Source: Minisyncoccota bacterium
Lineage (GTDB): Bacteria > Patescibacteriota > Minisyncoccia > Minisyncoccales > JAQTVQ01
DNA length: 64,000 nt
Assembly (NCBI GenBank): GCA_041657385.1
Contig: JBBABZ010000002.1
Span: 13,516-77,515 of the forward strand
Reading direction: 5' to 3'
Part shown: positions 52,663-62,074 of the stretch, in pieces
Position numbering within the stretch: the first letter of the stretch is position 1
Layout: every line of letters begins with the position of its first letter
Position numbers and translations under genes: made by a program
Notes under the pieces: model-generated
What the model was told of the DNA's origin: nothing
The model's database searches: none
The model's input: only the letters and a program-made list of their open reading frames with translations

Positions 52663-53232
52663 ATGGCTTCAACTATCAAAGAAAAATATCAAAACGAAGT
52701 GATCCCGGCTCTTAAGGAAAAGCTTGGAATCAAGAATGTGATGGCCTTGCCGAAAATCACCAAGGCTGTGATCAATATTGGGTTTGGAAGAATGCTGGTA
52801 GCGAAAAGTACTAAAGACGAACAGAGAAAGCTTGTTGATTATGTTATTGACAATCTTGCTCAAATTTCAGGCCAAAAGCCTTTTGCCACAAAAGCCAAAA
52901 AATCAATTGCCGCTTTTAAAACAAGAGAAGGAATGATCCTTGGAGCCAAAGTTACTTTAAGAGGCCAAAGACTTTATGATTTTTTAGGTAAATTGATCAA
53001 TGTAGCCTTGCCTCGTTCCAGGGATTTTCAAGGAATTTCCGAGAGTGCTGTTGATAGCAGCGGTAATTTAAATATCGGCATTAAAGAGCATATCGCCTTT
53101 CCCGAGATATCTCCGGAAAGATCAATGATGATATTAAGCTTAGAAGTAACCGTGGGAACAAACGCCAAAAGCAGAGAGAAAGGCTTGGCCTTATTCACTT
53201 TACTTGGTTTTCCATTTAAGAAACAACAATAA
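52663..53232 (+). CDS. rplE: Ribosomal protein uL5
   Basis: [39 protein letters not shown]. Confidence 0.96.
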   Translation: MASTIKEKYQNEVIPALKEKLGIKNVMALPKITKAVINIGFGRMLVAKSTKDEQRKLVDYVIDNLAQISGQKPFATKAKKSIAAFKTREGMILGAKVTLRGQRLYDFLGKLINVALPRSRDFQGISESAVDSSGNLNIGIKEHIAFPEISPERSMMILSLEVTVGTNAKSREKGLALFTLLGFPFKKQQ

Positions 53233-53237
53233 TATTT

Positions 53238-53423
53238 ATGGCAAGAACATCAGAAATCGCAAAAGCTAATAAAACACCAAAGTATTCCACTAGAATTGAA
53301 AGACGCTGTTTTCGTTGCGGCCGCCGCCACGGTTATATGAGAAAATTCGGACTGTGCCGTATTTGTTTCAGGGAAATGGCCACTAAAGGGGAAATTCCAG
53401 GAATTACAAAATCTTCATGGTAA
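53238..53423 (+). CDS. rpsZ: Ribosomal protein uS14, type Z (zinc-binding, 61 aa)
   Basis: [23 protein letters not shown]. Confidence 0.96.
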   Translation: MARTSEIAKANKTPKYSTRIERRCFRCGRRHGYMRKFGLCRICFREMATKGEIPGITKSSW

Positions 53424-53487
53424 ATAATCAGGTTACTGGGCGTTCAATTTCATTTAGCGCTTAAGACCAAAAAATAAAAGAAAATCT

Positions 53488-53880
53488 ATGGATCCAATCG
53501 CTGACATGTTCAGTTCAATAATGAATTCTCAAGTTGTCACCAAAAAACAGGTGTCTATTTCTCATTTTTCCAATTTGAAATTTCAAATATTGGAAATTTT
53601 AAAAAGGGAAGGTTTTATTTCGGATGCTAAGAAGAAAGGAAAAGATCCGAAGAGAAAGATTTTGATTGATTTGAAGTATAATGAGGACGGCTCGTCAGCT
53701 CTTTCCAGCATCAAAAGGATATCAAAGCCGGGCAAAAGAGTTTATGTTCAATCTTCAGAATTGAAGCCGGTGAGATCGGGATACGGGATTTCTATCATCT
53801 CGACCTCTAAAGGATTAATGACAAACAAAGAAGCCCATAAACAGAAGATCGGAGGCGAATTTATCGCTGAAGTTTGGTAA
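53488..53880 (+). CDS. rpsH: Ribosomal protein uS8
   Basis: DPIADMFSSIMN, SKPG.RVY, G..I.STSKG.MT...A....IGGE....VW. Confidence 0.96.
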   Translation: MDPIADMFSSIMNSQVVTKKQVSISHFSNLKFQILEILKREGFISDAKKKGKDPKRKILIDLKYNEDGSSALSSIKRISKPGKRVYVQSSELKPVRSGYGISIISTSKGLMTNKEAHKQKIGGEFIAEVW

Positions 53881-53908
53881 ATAAAACAAGTAACTATTTT
53901 TTAAAATT

Positions 53909-54460
53909 ATGTCTCGCGTAGGTAAAAAACCAATTCAAATACCGGCAGGAGTGGAGGTTAAGATAGAAGATGAAAAGATCAACGTTAAAGGGATAAAAGG
54001 ATCTATCTCTAAAGAGATTCCGGCTGGAATTTTAGTTGAACAAAAAGAAAAAGAGATCATCGTTTCTCCGAAATCGATCAATAAAAGAAATAAAGCTTTA
54101 TGGGGATTGATGAGAATGATCATTTCCAATATGGTGGATGGAGTCACTAAAGGATTCGATAAAAAATTGGAGATGGAAGGAGTTGGATTTAAGGCCAATA
54201 TTCAAGGGAACGATCTGGTTCTAGAAGTAGGTTTCAGCCATAATGTTAAAGTGCCCGCTCCTGAAGGAATAAAATACTCCATGGAAAAAAATGTTATTGT
54301 TGTTTCCGGAATTGATAAAGAATTGGTTGGCCAAACAGCGGCAGTGATCAGAAGAGTCAAGCCGCCAGAGCCCTATAAAGGCAAAGGGATCAGATACCAA
54401 GGAGAAATTATCAGAAGAAAACTTGGAAAGAAAGCGGCTACTGCCGGAGGAGCAGGATAA
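53909..54460 (+). CDS. rplF: Ribosomal protein uL6
   Basis: MSRVGKKPI.IP.GV.V, GVG(F/Y)KA, PEPYKGKGIRY.GE. Confidence 0.96.
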   Translation: MSRVGKKPIQIPAGVEVKIEDEKINVKGIKGSISKEIPAGILVEQKEKEIIVSPKSINKRNKALWGLMRMIISNMVDGVTKGFDKKLEMEGVGFKANIQGNDLVLEVGFSHNVKVPAPEGIKYSMEKNVIVVSGIDKELVGQTAAVIRRVKPPEPYKGKGIRYQGEIIRRKLGKKAATAGGAG

Positions 54461-54497
54461 TCCTCGATTCGTTAATTTATTTTGTTAAATCATTATT

Positions 54498-54863
54498 ATG
54501 TTGTTCACACAAGAAAAAAGAATCAGGCGTCATAAAAGAGGCAGATCCAAGATCAAGGGGACAGAAGAGACTCCGAGGCTTTCAATTTTCAGATCTTCCA
54601 ATCATGTTTATGCCCAGCTTATTGATGATCAAAAAGGAGTCACTTTGGTTGCGGTTAACGATTCGGGAATGAAAAAGGGAGCTGAAAACAAAGAAATATC
54701 CAACAAGGCAGCTCTCGCTTATGAAGTCGGGAAAGCTATTGCCGAGAAGGCGATCAAAGAATTAAAATTATCAAAGGTGATTTTTGATAAAAGCGGTTAC
54801 GATTATCATGGCCGGGTCAAAGCCTTGGCTCAAGGAGCGAGAGATGGCGGACTTAAATTTTAA
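54498..54863 (+). CDS. rplR: Ribosomal protein uL18
   Basis: R.RRH.R.R.KI.GT...PRLS.FRS..H.YAQ.IDD..G.TL, FD..GY.YHGRVKALA.GAR..GL.F. Confidence 0.95.
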   Translation: MLFTQEKRIRRHKRGRSKIKGTEETPRLSIFRSSNHVYAQLIDDQKGVTLVAVNDSGMKKGAENKEISNKAALAYEVGKAIAEKAIKELKLSKVIFDKSGYDYHGRVKALAQGARDGGLKF

Positions 54864-54901
54864 TAAGCCCAAATAAGCAATAAAAAAATAACACGAAACA
54901 A

Positions 54902-55474
54902 ATGACGACCGAAAATCCCGTAAAAACCAAAAATTTTCCGAGTAGCAATAACAGAAGAAGAGATTTCCGTCCGGAAAAACCGAAAGACGAATTTGATTCG
55001 AAGCTTTTGGATTTGAGCCGCGTGACCAGGGTTTCTGCCGGAGGAAAACAGATGAGGTTTAGAGCTGTTATTGTTGTAGGGAATAGAATGGGAAAAATAG
55101 GCGTCGGGGTTTCCAAGGGTTTGGATGTTCCTCAATCTATCGAGAAAGCTACTAAATTGGCCAAAAAAAATATTATGATCGTGTCCATTGTTAATGGCAC
55201 GATACCCCACGAAGTGATGGCCAAATATGGGGCGGCTGAAGTCTTGTTGAAACCTCAAACCAAAGGAAAAGGTTTAGTTGCGGGAGGGACCGTTCGTGTT
55301 CTTTGCACTTTGGCAGGGATCCAGGATGTTTCTTCAAAAGTTATCGGTAAAACTTCCAACAAATTGAATAATGCCATGGCTACCATTGAAGCTTTTAAGA
55401 TGCTGAAGACGCGCAAGAGAACGATTAATTTGGAAAAAGCAAGCGCGGAGCCTGTTTTGGAATCGGAAGAATAA
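54902..55474 (+). CDS. rpsE: Ribosomal protein uS5
   Basis: V.RV..V.AGGK.MRFRA..VVGN..G..G.G..K, and operon position. Confidence 0.95.
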   Translation: MTTENPVKTKNFPSSNNRRRDFRPEKPKDEFDSKLLDLSRVTRVSAGGKQMRFRAVIVVGNRMGKIGVGVSKGLDVPQSIEKATKLAKKNIMIVSIVNGTIPHEVMAKYGAAEVLLKPQTKGKGLVAGGTVRVLCTLAGIQDVSSKVIGKTSNKLNNAMATIEAFKMLKTRKRTINLEKASAEPVLESEE

Positions 55475-55501
55475 ATTTTATAATCTTAAATTTTTTGGAA
55501 A

Positions 55502-56164
55502 ATGCAGATACATCAACTTCAACCAATCCATAAAGCAAAAGAGCACAAAAGAGTCGGCCGCGGCGGAAAACGAGGCACTTATTGCGGCCATGGCCAGAAA
55601 GGCCAGAGCTCCAGAGGCGGCCGTAAATTCCAACCGGCTATCAGAGAATTTATTAAAAGATATCCTAAGTTAAGAGGTTATCGTTTTGGTACCGGCAGAG
55701 AAGAAAATATTGTAATTTTACAGCTAGACATTTTGAATAAGAATTTTGATCAAAAAGAGATCATCAACCCTGAAAAATTATTTGAAAAAGGGCTTATCAC
55801 TAGGGTGGACAACAGAATTCCACAAGTGAAAATATTGGGAAAAACCGAGATCAATAAGGTTTTAGTGATCGAGAATTGCCTTGTTTCCAAAGGAGCCAAA
55901 GATCTTATTGAAAAAGCCGGAGGGCAAGTGATCATCTCTGATAATCAAAAAAAGAAAGACGTCAAAGCCCAGGCTAAAGAGAAAGAATTCGTCAAGAAAA
56001 GCGAAAAGAAAGTCCAAGCCCAGGCTAAATCCCAGGCTAAAGAAAAAGCTTCGGCCGCTAAAGATACCAAAGCCAAAGACGCGAAAAAATCGGAAAAAGC
56101 CCAAAGAGTGGAAAAAGCCATTGTCAGAAAAACAACAGGCAGCAAACCTAAAAGCAAAAAATAA
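55502..56164 (+). CDS. rplO: Ribosomal protein uL15 with C-terminal Lys/Ala-rich extension of about 75 aa
   Basis: RVGRGGKRG.YCGHGQKGQ.SR.G, then a KKKDVKAQAKEKEFVKKSEKK... tail. It follows rpsE directly, with no rpmD between them. Confidence 0.93.
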   Translation: MQIHQLQPIHKAKEHKRVGRGGKRGTYCGHGQKGQSSRGGRKFQPAIREFIKRYPKLRGYRFGTGREENIVILQLDILNKNFDQKEIINPEKLFEKGLITRVDNRIPQVKILGKTEINKVLVIENCLVSKGAKDLIEKAGGQVIISDNQKKKDVKAQAKEKEFVKKSEKKVQAQAKSQAKEKASAAKDTKAKDAKKSEKAQRVEKAIVRKTTGSKPKSKK

Positions 56165-56194
56165 TTTATCTGTTTGATACTCTGTTCTTAAAAA

Positions 56195-57475
56195 ATGCCA
56201 GGAATTAACAAAGCTATTCAAATTTTCAAAATCAAAGACTTAAGGAACAAGATTTTATTCGTTCTCGGGGTTTTTGCTATTTTTAGATTAATGGCTAATT
56301 TGCCGATACCGGGGATTGACAGCTCTCGCGTCCAGGATTTTTTCAACAGCAACCAATATTTGGGAATGTTGAATATGTTTACCGGCGGCGCCTTAGACAA
56401 CTTGTCCGTTGTCATGCTTGGTCTTGGCCCTTACATCACCGCTGTCATTATCTTTCAGATCATGACCTTGATTTTTCCTCAATTGGAGAAGCTTTACAAG
56501 GAAGATGGAGAACAAGGAAGGCAGAAATTCAATCAATATTGCCGCATTGCCGCCATACCTTTGGCCGCTTTGCAGGGCTACTCAATGATAATCTTATTTA
56601 AGAGCCAGGGCTTGATCACTGGTCTTAATTGGCAGATTTTGCTGGTTTCCGTTTTAAGCATTACTGCTGGATCAATGATCTTGATGTGGCTGGGAGAGCT
56701 TCTTTCGGAAAAAGGAATCGGCAATGGGGTGTCTCTTTTGATCTTTGCCGGTATCGTCGCTGATTTTCCGAGAAGCGTTATGCAGATGGCCAATACCTTC
56801 CAGCAATCGGAAATCTTTTCTTATATTTTATTCTTTATCGCTTCGATCGCTATTATTAGCGCAGTTGTCATCCTTACTGAAGGACGCCGCAATATATCGG
56901 TTTCTTATGCTAAAAGAGTTCGCGGCCAAAAAATGTATGGAGGAGTTTCCACTTATTTGCCTTTGAACATCAATCCGGCTGGAGTAATACCGATCATTTT
57001 CGCGCTTTCTATTATGATCTTGCCGACGATGATGGCTTCTTTCTTGAAAAATGTCAGCGGCCCGGTTGGAAATGTTGCCGGTTCTATTGCCAGCTTCTTG
57101 CAAAATCCTTGGGTTTACGGCATCCTTTATTTCTTATTGGTTTTTATTTTTACTTTCTTCTACACTGCCGTTACTTTTGACCCTAAAGCGATTTCTACAA
57201 ATTTGCAAAAAATGGGAGGATTTATTCCAGGCATCAGGCCGGGAGTTTCTACGGCAAGTTATCTAAGCTATATTTTAAACAGAGTCTTAGTTGTCGGTGC
57301 TTTATTTTTAGGCCTTGTCGCCGTAATGCCCTCGATAATACAGGGAGTTACCGGAGTCCAGCAATTCAGTTTTTTGATTGGAGGGACTGCTGTTTTGATT
57401 CTCGTGAGCGTGGTTTTGGAAACCACCCGCCAAATCAAAGCGCAAATAGAAATGCGCGATTACGAGAATTTTTAA
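56195..57475 (+). CDS. secY: Preprotein translocase subunit SecY
   Basis: Ten TM helices, LGL.PYITA.II.Q, GIGNG.SL.IF.GI. Confidence 0.96.
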   Translation: MPGINKAIQIFKIKDLRNKILFVLGVFAIFRLMANLPIPGIDSSRVQDFFNSNQYLGMLNMFTGGALDNLSVVMLGLGPYITAVIIFQIMTLIFPQLEKLYKEDGEQGRQKFNQYCRIAAIPLAALQGYSMIILFKSQGLITGLNWQILLVSVLSITAGSMILMWLGELLSEKGIGNGVSLLIFAGIVADFPRSVMQMANTFQQSEIFSYILFFIASIAIISAVVILTEGRRNISVSYAKRVRGQKMYGGVSTYLPLNINPAGVIPIIFALSIMILPTMMASFLKNVSGPVGNVAGSIASFLQNPWVYGILYFLLVFIFTFFYTAVTFDPKAISTNLQKMGGFIPGIRPGVSTASYLSYILNRVLVVGALFLGLVAVMPSIIQGVTGVQQFSFLIGGTAVLILVSVVLETTRQIKAQIEMRDYENF

Positions 57476-57497
57476 CTCTTAACTCTTCCTAAAAAAA

Positions 57498-58166
57498 ATG
57501 GGGAAAGACGAATTAGTGATCTGCTTGTTGGGCCGTCCGGGATCAGGCAAGGGGACCCAAGCTAAGCTGATTGTCGAAAAGTTTGGCTTGGCCTATTTTG
57601 GTTCAGGCCAGGTTTTAAGAGAACGCCAGCAAATAAACGATTATACCGGCAGCAAACTTAGAGAAACAATGGCCAAAGGCCAGTTGGTTCCCAGCTTTAT
57701 CGCCTCAAAACTTTGGGCCGATAAAATGGAAAACTTTAAGCAGGAGCCCACCCTCAAAGGATTTATTTTAGACGGAAGCCCTAGAACTCTTCCCGAGGCC
57801 AATCTTTTGGACGAAGCTTTAGACTGGTATCAATGGCAGATCGACCAAGTTTTTTTAGTAGATATTTCCAAAGAACTTTCTTTTAATCGCTTGGCTAAGC
57901 GCCGCCAGTGCCTTAAGTGCGGACGATTGACGCCATTTGAGGAAAAATATAAGGATATTAAAGTTTGCGACCGATGCGGCGGGCAATTGATCGTTCGCAT
58001 GGATGACAAGCCGGAAGCAGTTAAAAAAAGACTGGCCACTTACGATGTTGAAATGCAGCCCATTATCGATTTTTATATAAAGCAAAATAAACTGATCAAG
58101 ATCAACGGCGAGCAATCCATTGAAGCGGTTTTTCAAGACATTTTAAAAAATATACCGGAAGGATGA
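57498..58166 (+). CDS. adk: Adenylate kinase (zinc-LID form)
   Basis: LLGRPGSGKGTQA, ILDGSPRT, and LID CLKCGR...CDRCGG. Confidence 0.93.
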   Translation: MGKDELVICLLGRPGSGKGTQAKLIVEKFGLAYFGSGQVLRERQQINDYTGSKLRETMAKGQLVPSFIASKLWADKMENFKQEPTLKGFILDGSPRTLPEANLLDEALDWYQWQIDQVFLVDISKELSFNRLAKRRQCLKCGRLTPFEEKYKDIKVCDRCGGQLIVRMDDKPEAVKKRLATYDVEMQPIIDFYIKQNKLIKINGEQSIEAVFQDILKNIPEG

Positions 58167-58945
58167 TCCATCTAAAAACTCCCGAAGAAATAAAAATAAT
58201 GGCTGAAGGCGGAAAGATCCTGGCAACGATAATGAAGCAATCTCTGAAAGAAGTTAAGCCAGGCATCACCACAAACGATATTGACAGGCTCGCAGAGAGC
58301 CTGATTTTTAAATACGGAGCCAAGTGTTCTTTTAAGGGTCAGAACGGGTTTCCAGCTTGTTCTTGCATCTCAATAAACGAAGAGATCGTCCATGGCGTCC
58401 CTTCGGCTCGTAAGTTGAAAGCAGGGGATATTTTGAGCCTGGACCTGGGTCTTTATTATAACGGTTTCCATTCTGATATGGCTGTTACTGTGCCGGTGGG
58501 AGAGGTAAATTTTGATATTCAGCGCTTAATGAGAGTGGCAAAAAAATCTTTGAAAAGAGGAATCAAATTATCCAGAGTCGGCAACACTTTCGGCGATATT
58601 TCAAACACTATCCAAAGATATGTTGAGGGTCAGGGCTTTAATGTGGCTCGCGATCTTGCCGGCCACGGCATAGGTAAAAACCTGCACGAAGATCCGGAGA
58701 TCTTGAATTACGGCAAGCGAGAACGGGGAGCGGAAATAAAAGAGGGAATGGTTTTTTGTTTGGAGCCGATGGTTGTTGCGGGCAGCGGGGAAATAAAGCT
58801 GGCCAAAAATGGTCAAACTTACGAAACTGAAGACGGTTCTTGGGCCGCTCATTTTGAGCACACTATAGCGGTTACCAAAGAGGGAACAAAAATTTTAACC
58901 GATATGGGCGATATAGATTTGGACAATAACGATCCAGAAGAATAA
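58163..58945 (+). CDS. map: Methionine aminopeptidase type I
   Basis: GI.T..ID, VHG.P, D.G...NGFH.D, GHGIG...HE.P, EPM. ATGA overlap with adk. Confidence 0.95.
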   Translation: MIHLKTPEEIKIMAEGGKILATIMKQSLKEVKPGITTNDIDRLAESLIFKYGAKCSFKGQNGFPACSCISINEEIVHGVPSARKLKAGDILSLDLGLYYNGFHSDMAVTVPVGEVNFDIQRLMRVAKKSLKRGIKLSRVGNTFGDISNTIQRYVEGQGFNVARDLAGHGIGKNLHEDPEILNYGKRERGAEIKEGMVFCLEPMVVAGSGEIKLAKNGQTYETEDGSWAAHFEHTIAVTKEGTKILTDMGDIDLDNNDPEE

Positions 58946-59175
58946 AGAAAGAAATTGTCTGCCGAGGGGTCTAACCTGAGCATAGATAAAGAACGCCTAA
59001 TGCGTTTTTTTGTTTGCGCAAAGCCAGGGGATTTTTTGGCAGTTTTTTATCTAGCCATCGGCCAATGACTGGGAACTGGCGGCGTATTTTTATTAATGAT
59101 ATAATTTTATTGTTTTAAGCGAATTCATAACTATTTTTAAAATTAGCGGCCTTGGCTGCTTTCATTTTAATTTTC

Positions 59176-60219
59176 ATGGAACAAGATAAAGAAAAGTTTC
59201 CTTCAGAGTTGCGGCTTGACTTAGTCTCTAAAGACTGGGTTGTGATCGCTACAGGCAGGGGCAAAAGGCCTGAAATGTTCAAGAATACTAGAGAAGAAGT
59301 TAAGTCCGAGATAAAAAAGGAGAATTGCCCTTTTTGCAATATAGATCCGGGTATAAAGGCCAGTGCAGCTTTTTTGGATGGAAAGGAGATAGACCTTTCT
59401 CAGTCTGGATATGCGATTCCCCAGAAATGGACTACCTTGGTCATTCCTAATAAATTTCCAGCTTTTATACCGGCGGAAAAGCTGGAAGAAAGAACCGAAG
59501 GAGGGCTTTACCTCCGTATTAATGCGGTTGGCTATCATGATCTGGTGCTGACGAAAGACCACGGAATATCTTTAGCCAACCTGCCGCAGGAAAAAGTGAA
59601 AGAAGTTTTTGACGCTTATCAGGCCAGATATTTACAGCTCAAAAAATTTTCTCATGTTAATTATGTTTCTATTTTTCATAATCATGGACCGTCGGCCGGA
59701 GCTTCTCAGCCGCATCCCCATTCGCAAATAATTACTTCGCCTTTGATAGATGTTGACTTGGAAAATGCTTTGTCTATCGGGAAAAAATATTATGAAGAGA
59801 ATAAAAAATGCCTTTACTGCGAGATGACTGAATGGGAGTTGAAGACAAGAGAGAGAATTGTTTTTGAGAATGATCATTTTCTGGCTTTGTGCCCTTTCGC
59901 TTCAAAATCAGCTTTTCAAGTTATTGTTACCCCTAAAGCCCACAAAGCTTATTTTGAAGAGATCACTGAAGAAGAAAAAGAAGCGCTGGCCGAAGCCTTT
60001 AAGGCGGTTCTATTTAAGATTTACAAGGGATTAAATAATCCTGATTATAATTTTTATTTGCATACTTCTCCTTGCAGCGGCGAAGATTACGATTTTTACC
60101 ATTGGCACTGGACGATTATGCCTAAAACTTCAGTTTGGGCCGGTTTTGAAATAGGTTCAAGAATGGAAATTTCCACGATAGAACCGGAAAAGGCCGCTGA
60201 ATATTTAAGACAACAATGA
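59176..60219 (+). CDS. Galactose-1-phosphate uridylyltransferase-like HIT-superfamily nucleotidyltransferase
   Basis: CPFC zinc motif and the GASQPHPHSQI (HxHxQ) active site, with a two-half HIT-like architecture. Specificity (UDP-hexose against ADP-glucose phosphorylase type) is not resolved. Confidence 0.7.
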   Translation: MEQDKEKFPSELRLDLVSKDWVVIATGRGKRPEMFKNTREEVKSEIKKENCPFCNIDPGIKASAAFLDGKEIDLSQSGYAIPQKWTTLVIPNKFPAFIPAEKLEERTEGGLYLRINAVGYHDLVLTKDHGISLANLPQEKVKEVFDAYQARYLQLKKFSHVNYVSIFHNHGPSAGASQPHPHSQIITSPLIDVDLENALSIGKKYYEENKKCLYCEMTEWELKTRERIVFENDHFLALCPFASKSAFQVIVTPKAHKAYFEEITEEEKEALAEAFKAVLFKIYKGLNNPDYNFYLHTSPCSGEDYDFYHWHWTIMPKTSVWAGFEIGSRMEISTIEPEKAAEYLRQQ

Positions 60220-60857
60220 TCGTAGAAATAATAGAGTCTATTCTGGGGGTTATCGCCTCTTACATTGTTAGTGGTATTTCCTTTTCCGGTTACTGGGGAG
60301 TTTGGTTTTTTATGGCCCTGGAAAGCGCCTGTTTGCCCGTACCTTCGGAGATCATCATGCCTTTTGCCGGTTATCTGGTTTGGACCGGGAAATTTTCTTT
60401 TTGGCCGGTTGTTATTTGGGGAACGATAGGGAATTTGGCCGGATCAATGGCGGCTTATGCGGTAGGTTATTACGGCGGGAGGCCTTTTACTGAAAAATAC
60501 GGAAAATATATTTTACTTTCTCATCACGATTTGGATATGGCCGATAAATGGTTCAGTAAATATGGCAATCCGAGCATTTTCTTTTCCCGTCTTTTGCCGG
60601 TGATCAGAACATTTATTTCTCTGCCTGCCGGGATAGCCAGAATGCCCTTTAAGAAATTTTGTTTTTACACCACAGTTGGATCTTTGCCTTTTTCAATATT
60701 ATTAACTTGGGCCGGCTTGGCGCTGGGACAGAATTGGGCGAACCTTAAAGTGTATTTAAGAAATCTGGATTGGCTTATTATCATTTTCGTACTTTTAGCC
60801 GGAACAGCATTTGTTTTTTTCAAAGTTAAAAATAGAGCTAAAAATAATAACATTTAA
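60216..60857 (+). CDS. DedA family membrane protein
   Basis: ESACLPVPSEIIMPFAG, SRLLPVIRTFISLPAG. ATGA overlap with the upstream gene. Confidence 0.85.
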   Translation: MIVEIIESILGVIASYIVSGISFSGYWGVWFFMALESACLPVPSEIIMPFAGYLVWTGKFSFWPVVIWGTIGNLAGSMAAYAVGYYGGRPFTEKYGKYILLSHHDLDMADKWFSKYGNPSIFFSRLLPVIRTFISLPAGIARMPFKKFCFYTTVGSLPFSILLTWAGLALGQNWANLKVYLRNLDWLIIIFVLLAGTAFVFFKVKNRAKNNNI

Positions 60858-60868
60858 ATTCAAACTTT

Positions 60869-61621
60869 ATGGCATCTTTAGTCGTCGCTAACTGGAAAAT
60901 GAATCCCAAGACCGCCAATGAAGCAAAAAAGATCTTTGCCGGAGTGGCGGCCGGTTCTAAGAAAATAAAAAAAGCTCAAATGGTCGTTTGCCCGCCGTCT
61001 GCTTTTTTGGGTATATTTGCCGGCAAAGCTAAAAAGGTCAAATTGGGGGCGCAAAATTGCCACTGGGAAGAAAAGGGAGCTTTTACGGGAGAGTCATCTT
61101 TGCCTCAAATAAAAGATATCGGCTGCCGTTATGTTTTGGCCGGCCATTCGGAACGGCGCAAACTTTTTGGAGAAACAGATGAAATGATCAACAAGAAAGT
61201 TTTGGCCGCGCTTAACTTTGGCTTGATCCCTGTCCTGTGTTTTGGAGAAACAGCCGAAGAAAAAGAGAGAGACGAGACATTTCAAGTTTTAAAAGACCAG
61301 CTGGAAAAAGGGCTTAATGGGGTTGCTAAAAAAGCGGCTGATAAAATTATCTTAGCCTATGAACCTGTTTGGGCCATCGGCACTGGCAAGGTTTGCGAGA
61401 TCTGCCAGGCGGAAGAAGTGAATATTTTCTTGAAGAAGATCCTCAATGAAAAATACGGCCGCAATATCGCTATTTCTATGCCTATCCTTTACGGAGGAAG
61501 CGTAAATTCTGAAAATGTCCTATCTTTTGTAAAAGAAGCCAAAATGTCCGGCGTTTTGGTGGGAGGCGCTTCCTTGGACCCGAAGGAATTTATAAAAATT
61601 GCCCAGCAGATAGACTTCTAA
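60869..61621 (+). CDS. tpiA: Triosephosphate isomerase
   Basis: VANWKMN, GHSERR, AYEPVWAIGTG, YGGS. Confidence 0.95.
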   Translation: MASLVVANWKMNPKTANEAKKIFAGVAAGSKKIKKAQMVVCPPSAFLGIFAGKAKKVKLGAQNCHWEEKGAFTGESSLPQIKDIGCRYVLAGHSERRKLFGETDEMINKKVLAALNFGLIPVLCFGETAEEKERDETFQVLKDQLEKGLNGVAKKAADKIILAYEPVWAIGTGKVCEICQAEEVNIFLKKILNEKYGRNIAISMPILYGGSVNSENVLSFVKEAKMSGVLVGGASLDPKEFIKIAQQIDF

Positions 61622-61627
61622 AAGTTT

Positions 61628-61720
61628 AAGCGTAAAGCTAAAAGCGAAAAGCGTAAAATAACGAACGATATTTTAAGTTTTTCGCTGTTGTTTTGCGCTT
61701 TTCATTTTGCGCTTTTCGCT
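61628..61720. repeat. Inverted pair of gcgaaaagcgtaaa-type repeats after the tpiA stop
   Basis: The forward aagcgtaaagctaaaagcgaaaagcgtaaaataa (61628-61661) faces the imperfect reverse copy ttttcgctgttgttttgcgcttttcattttgcgcttttcgct (61678-61720). It shares a 15-mer with 24291-24305. Confidence 0.6.
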
Positions 61721-61868
61721 AAATGAAGAGTTGTCTAGAATTCATTTTGGTCCAGAGATGGGTTTTATCTCTATTTTTCCTCATTCTAGAGCATTGATTT
61801 TATTTCTGTTTTCAGCTAAAATATTGAAGCTGTAGAGTAAGAGCTTTTAGCATAAATTTTATGCCACG

Positions 61869-61939
61869 CGCGGGGTAGAGGAGTAGTACCTCGTCAGTCC
61901 CATAAGCTGAAGACCCTGGTGCAATTCCAGGCCCCGCAA
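61869..61939 (+). tRNA. tRNA with CAT anticodon, initiator-like (C1xA72 mismatch, A11:U24) but otherwise atypical
   Basis: CGCGGGG-TA-GAGG-AGTAGTA-CCTC-G-TCAGT-CCCATAA-GCTGA-AGAC-CCTGG-TGCAATT-CCAGG-CCCCGCA-A, folded by hand. It has no GG in the D-loop, a T-loop TGC instead of TTC, C at position 33 and no G:C triplet in the anticodon stem. Confidence 0.6.
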
Positions 61940-61969
61940 CATTTTCTATTTTACATATCCCAAAAACGA

Positions 61970-62041
61970 GCCGGTGTAGCTCAGCGGCAGAGCGGACGTT
62001 TCATAAGCGTTAGGTCGCAGGTCCGACTCCTGCCACCGGCA
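61970..62041 (+). tRNA. tRNA with CAT anticodon (elongator Met or Ile2/lysidine type, undetermined)
   Basis: GCCGGTG-TA-GCTC-AGCGGCA-GAGC-G-GACGT-TTCATAA-GCGTT-AGGTC-GCAGG-TCCGACT-CCTGC-CACCGGC-A. The T-loop reads TCC instead of TTC. Confidence 0.8.
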
Positions 62042-62074
62042 CTAGATCGCTTTCCGGCGATTTTATAAGTTTCT

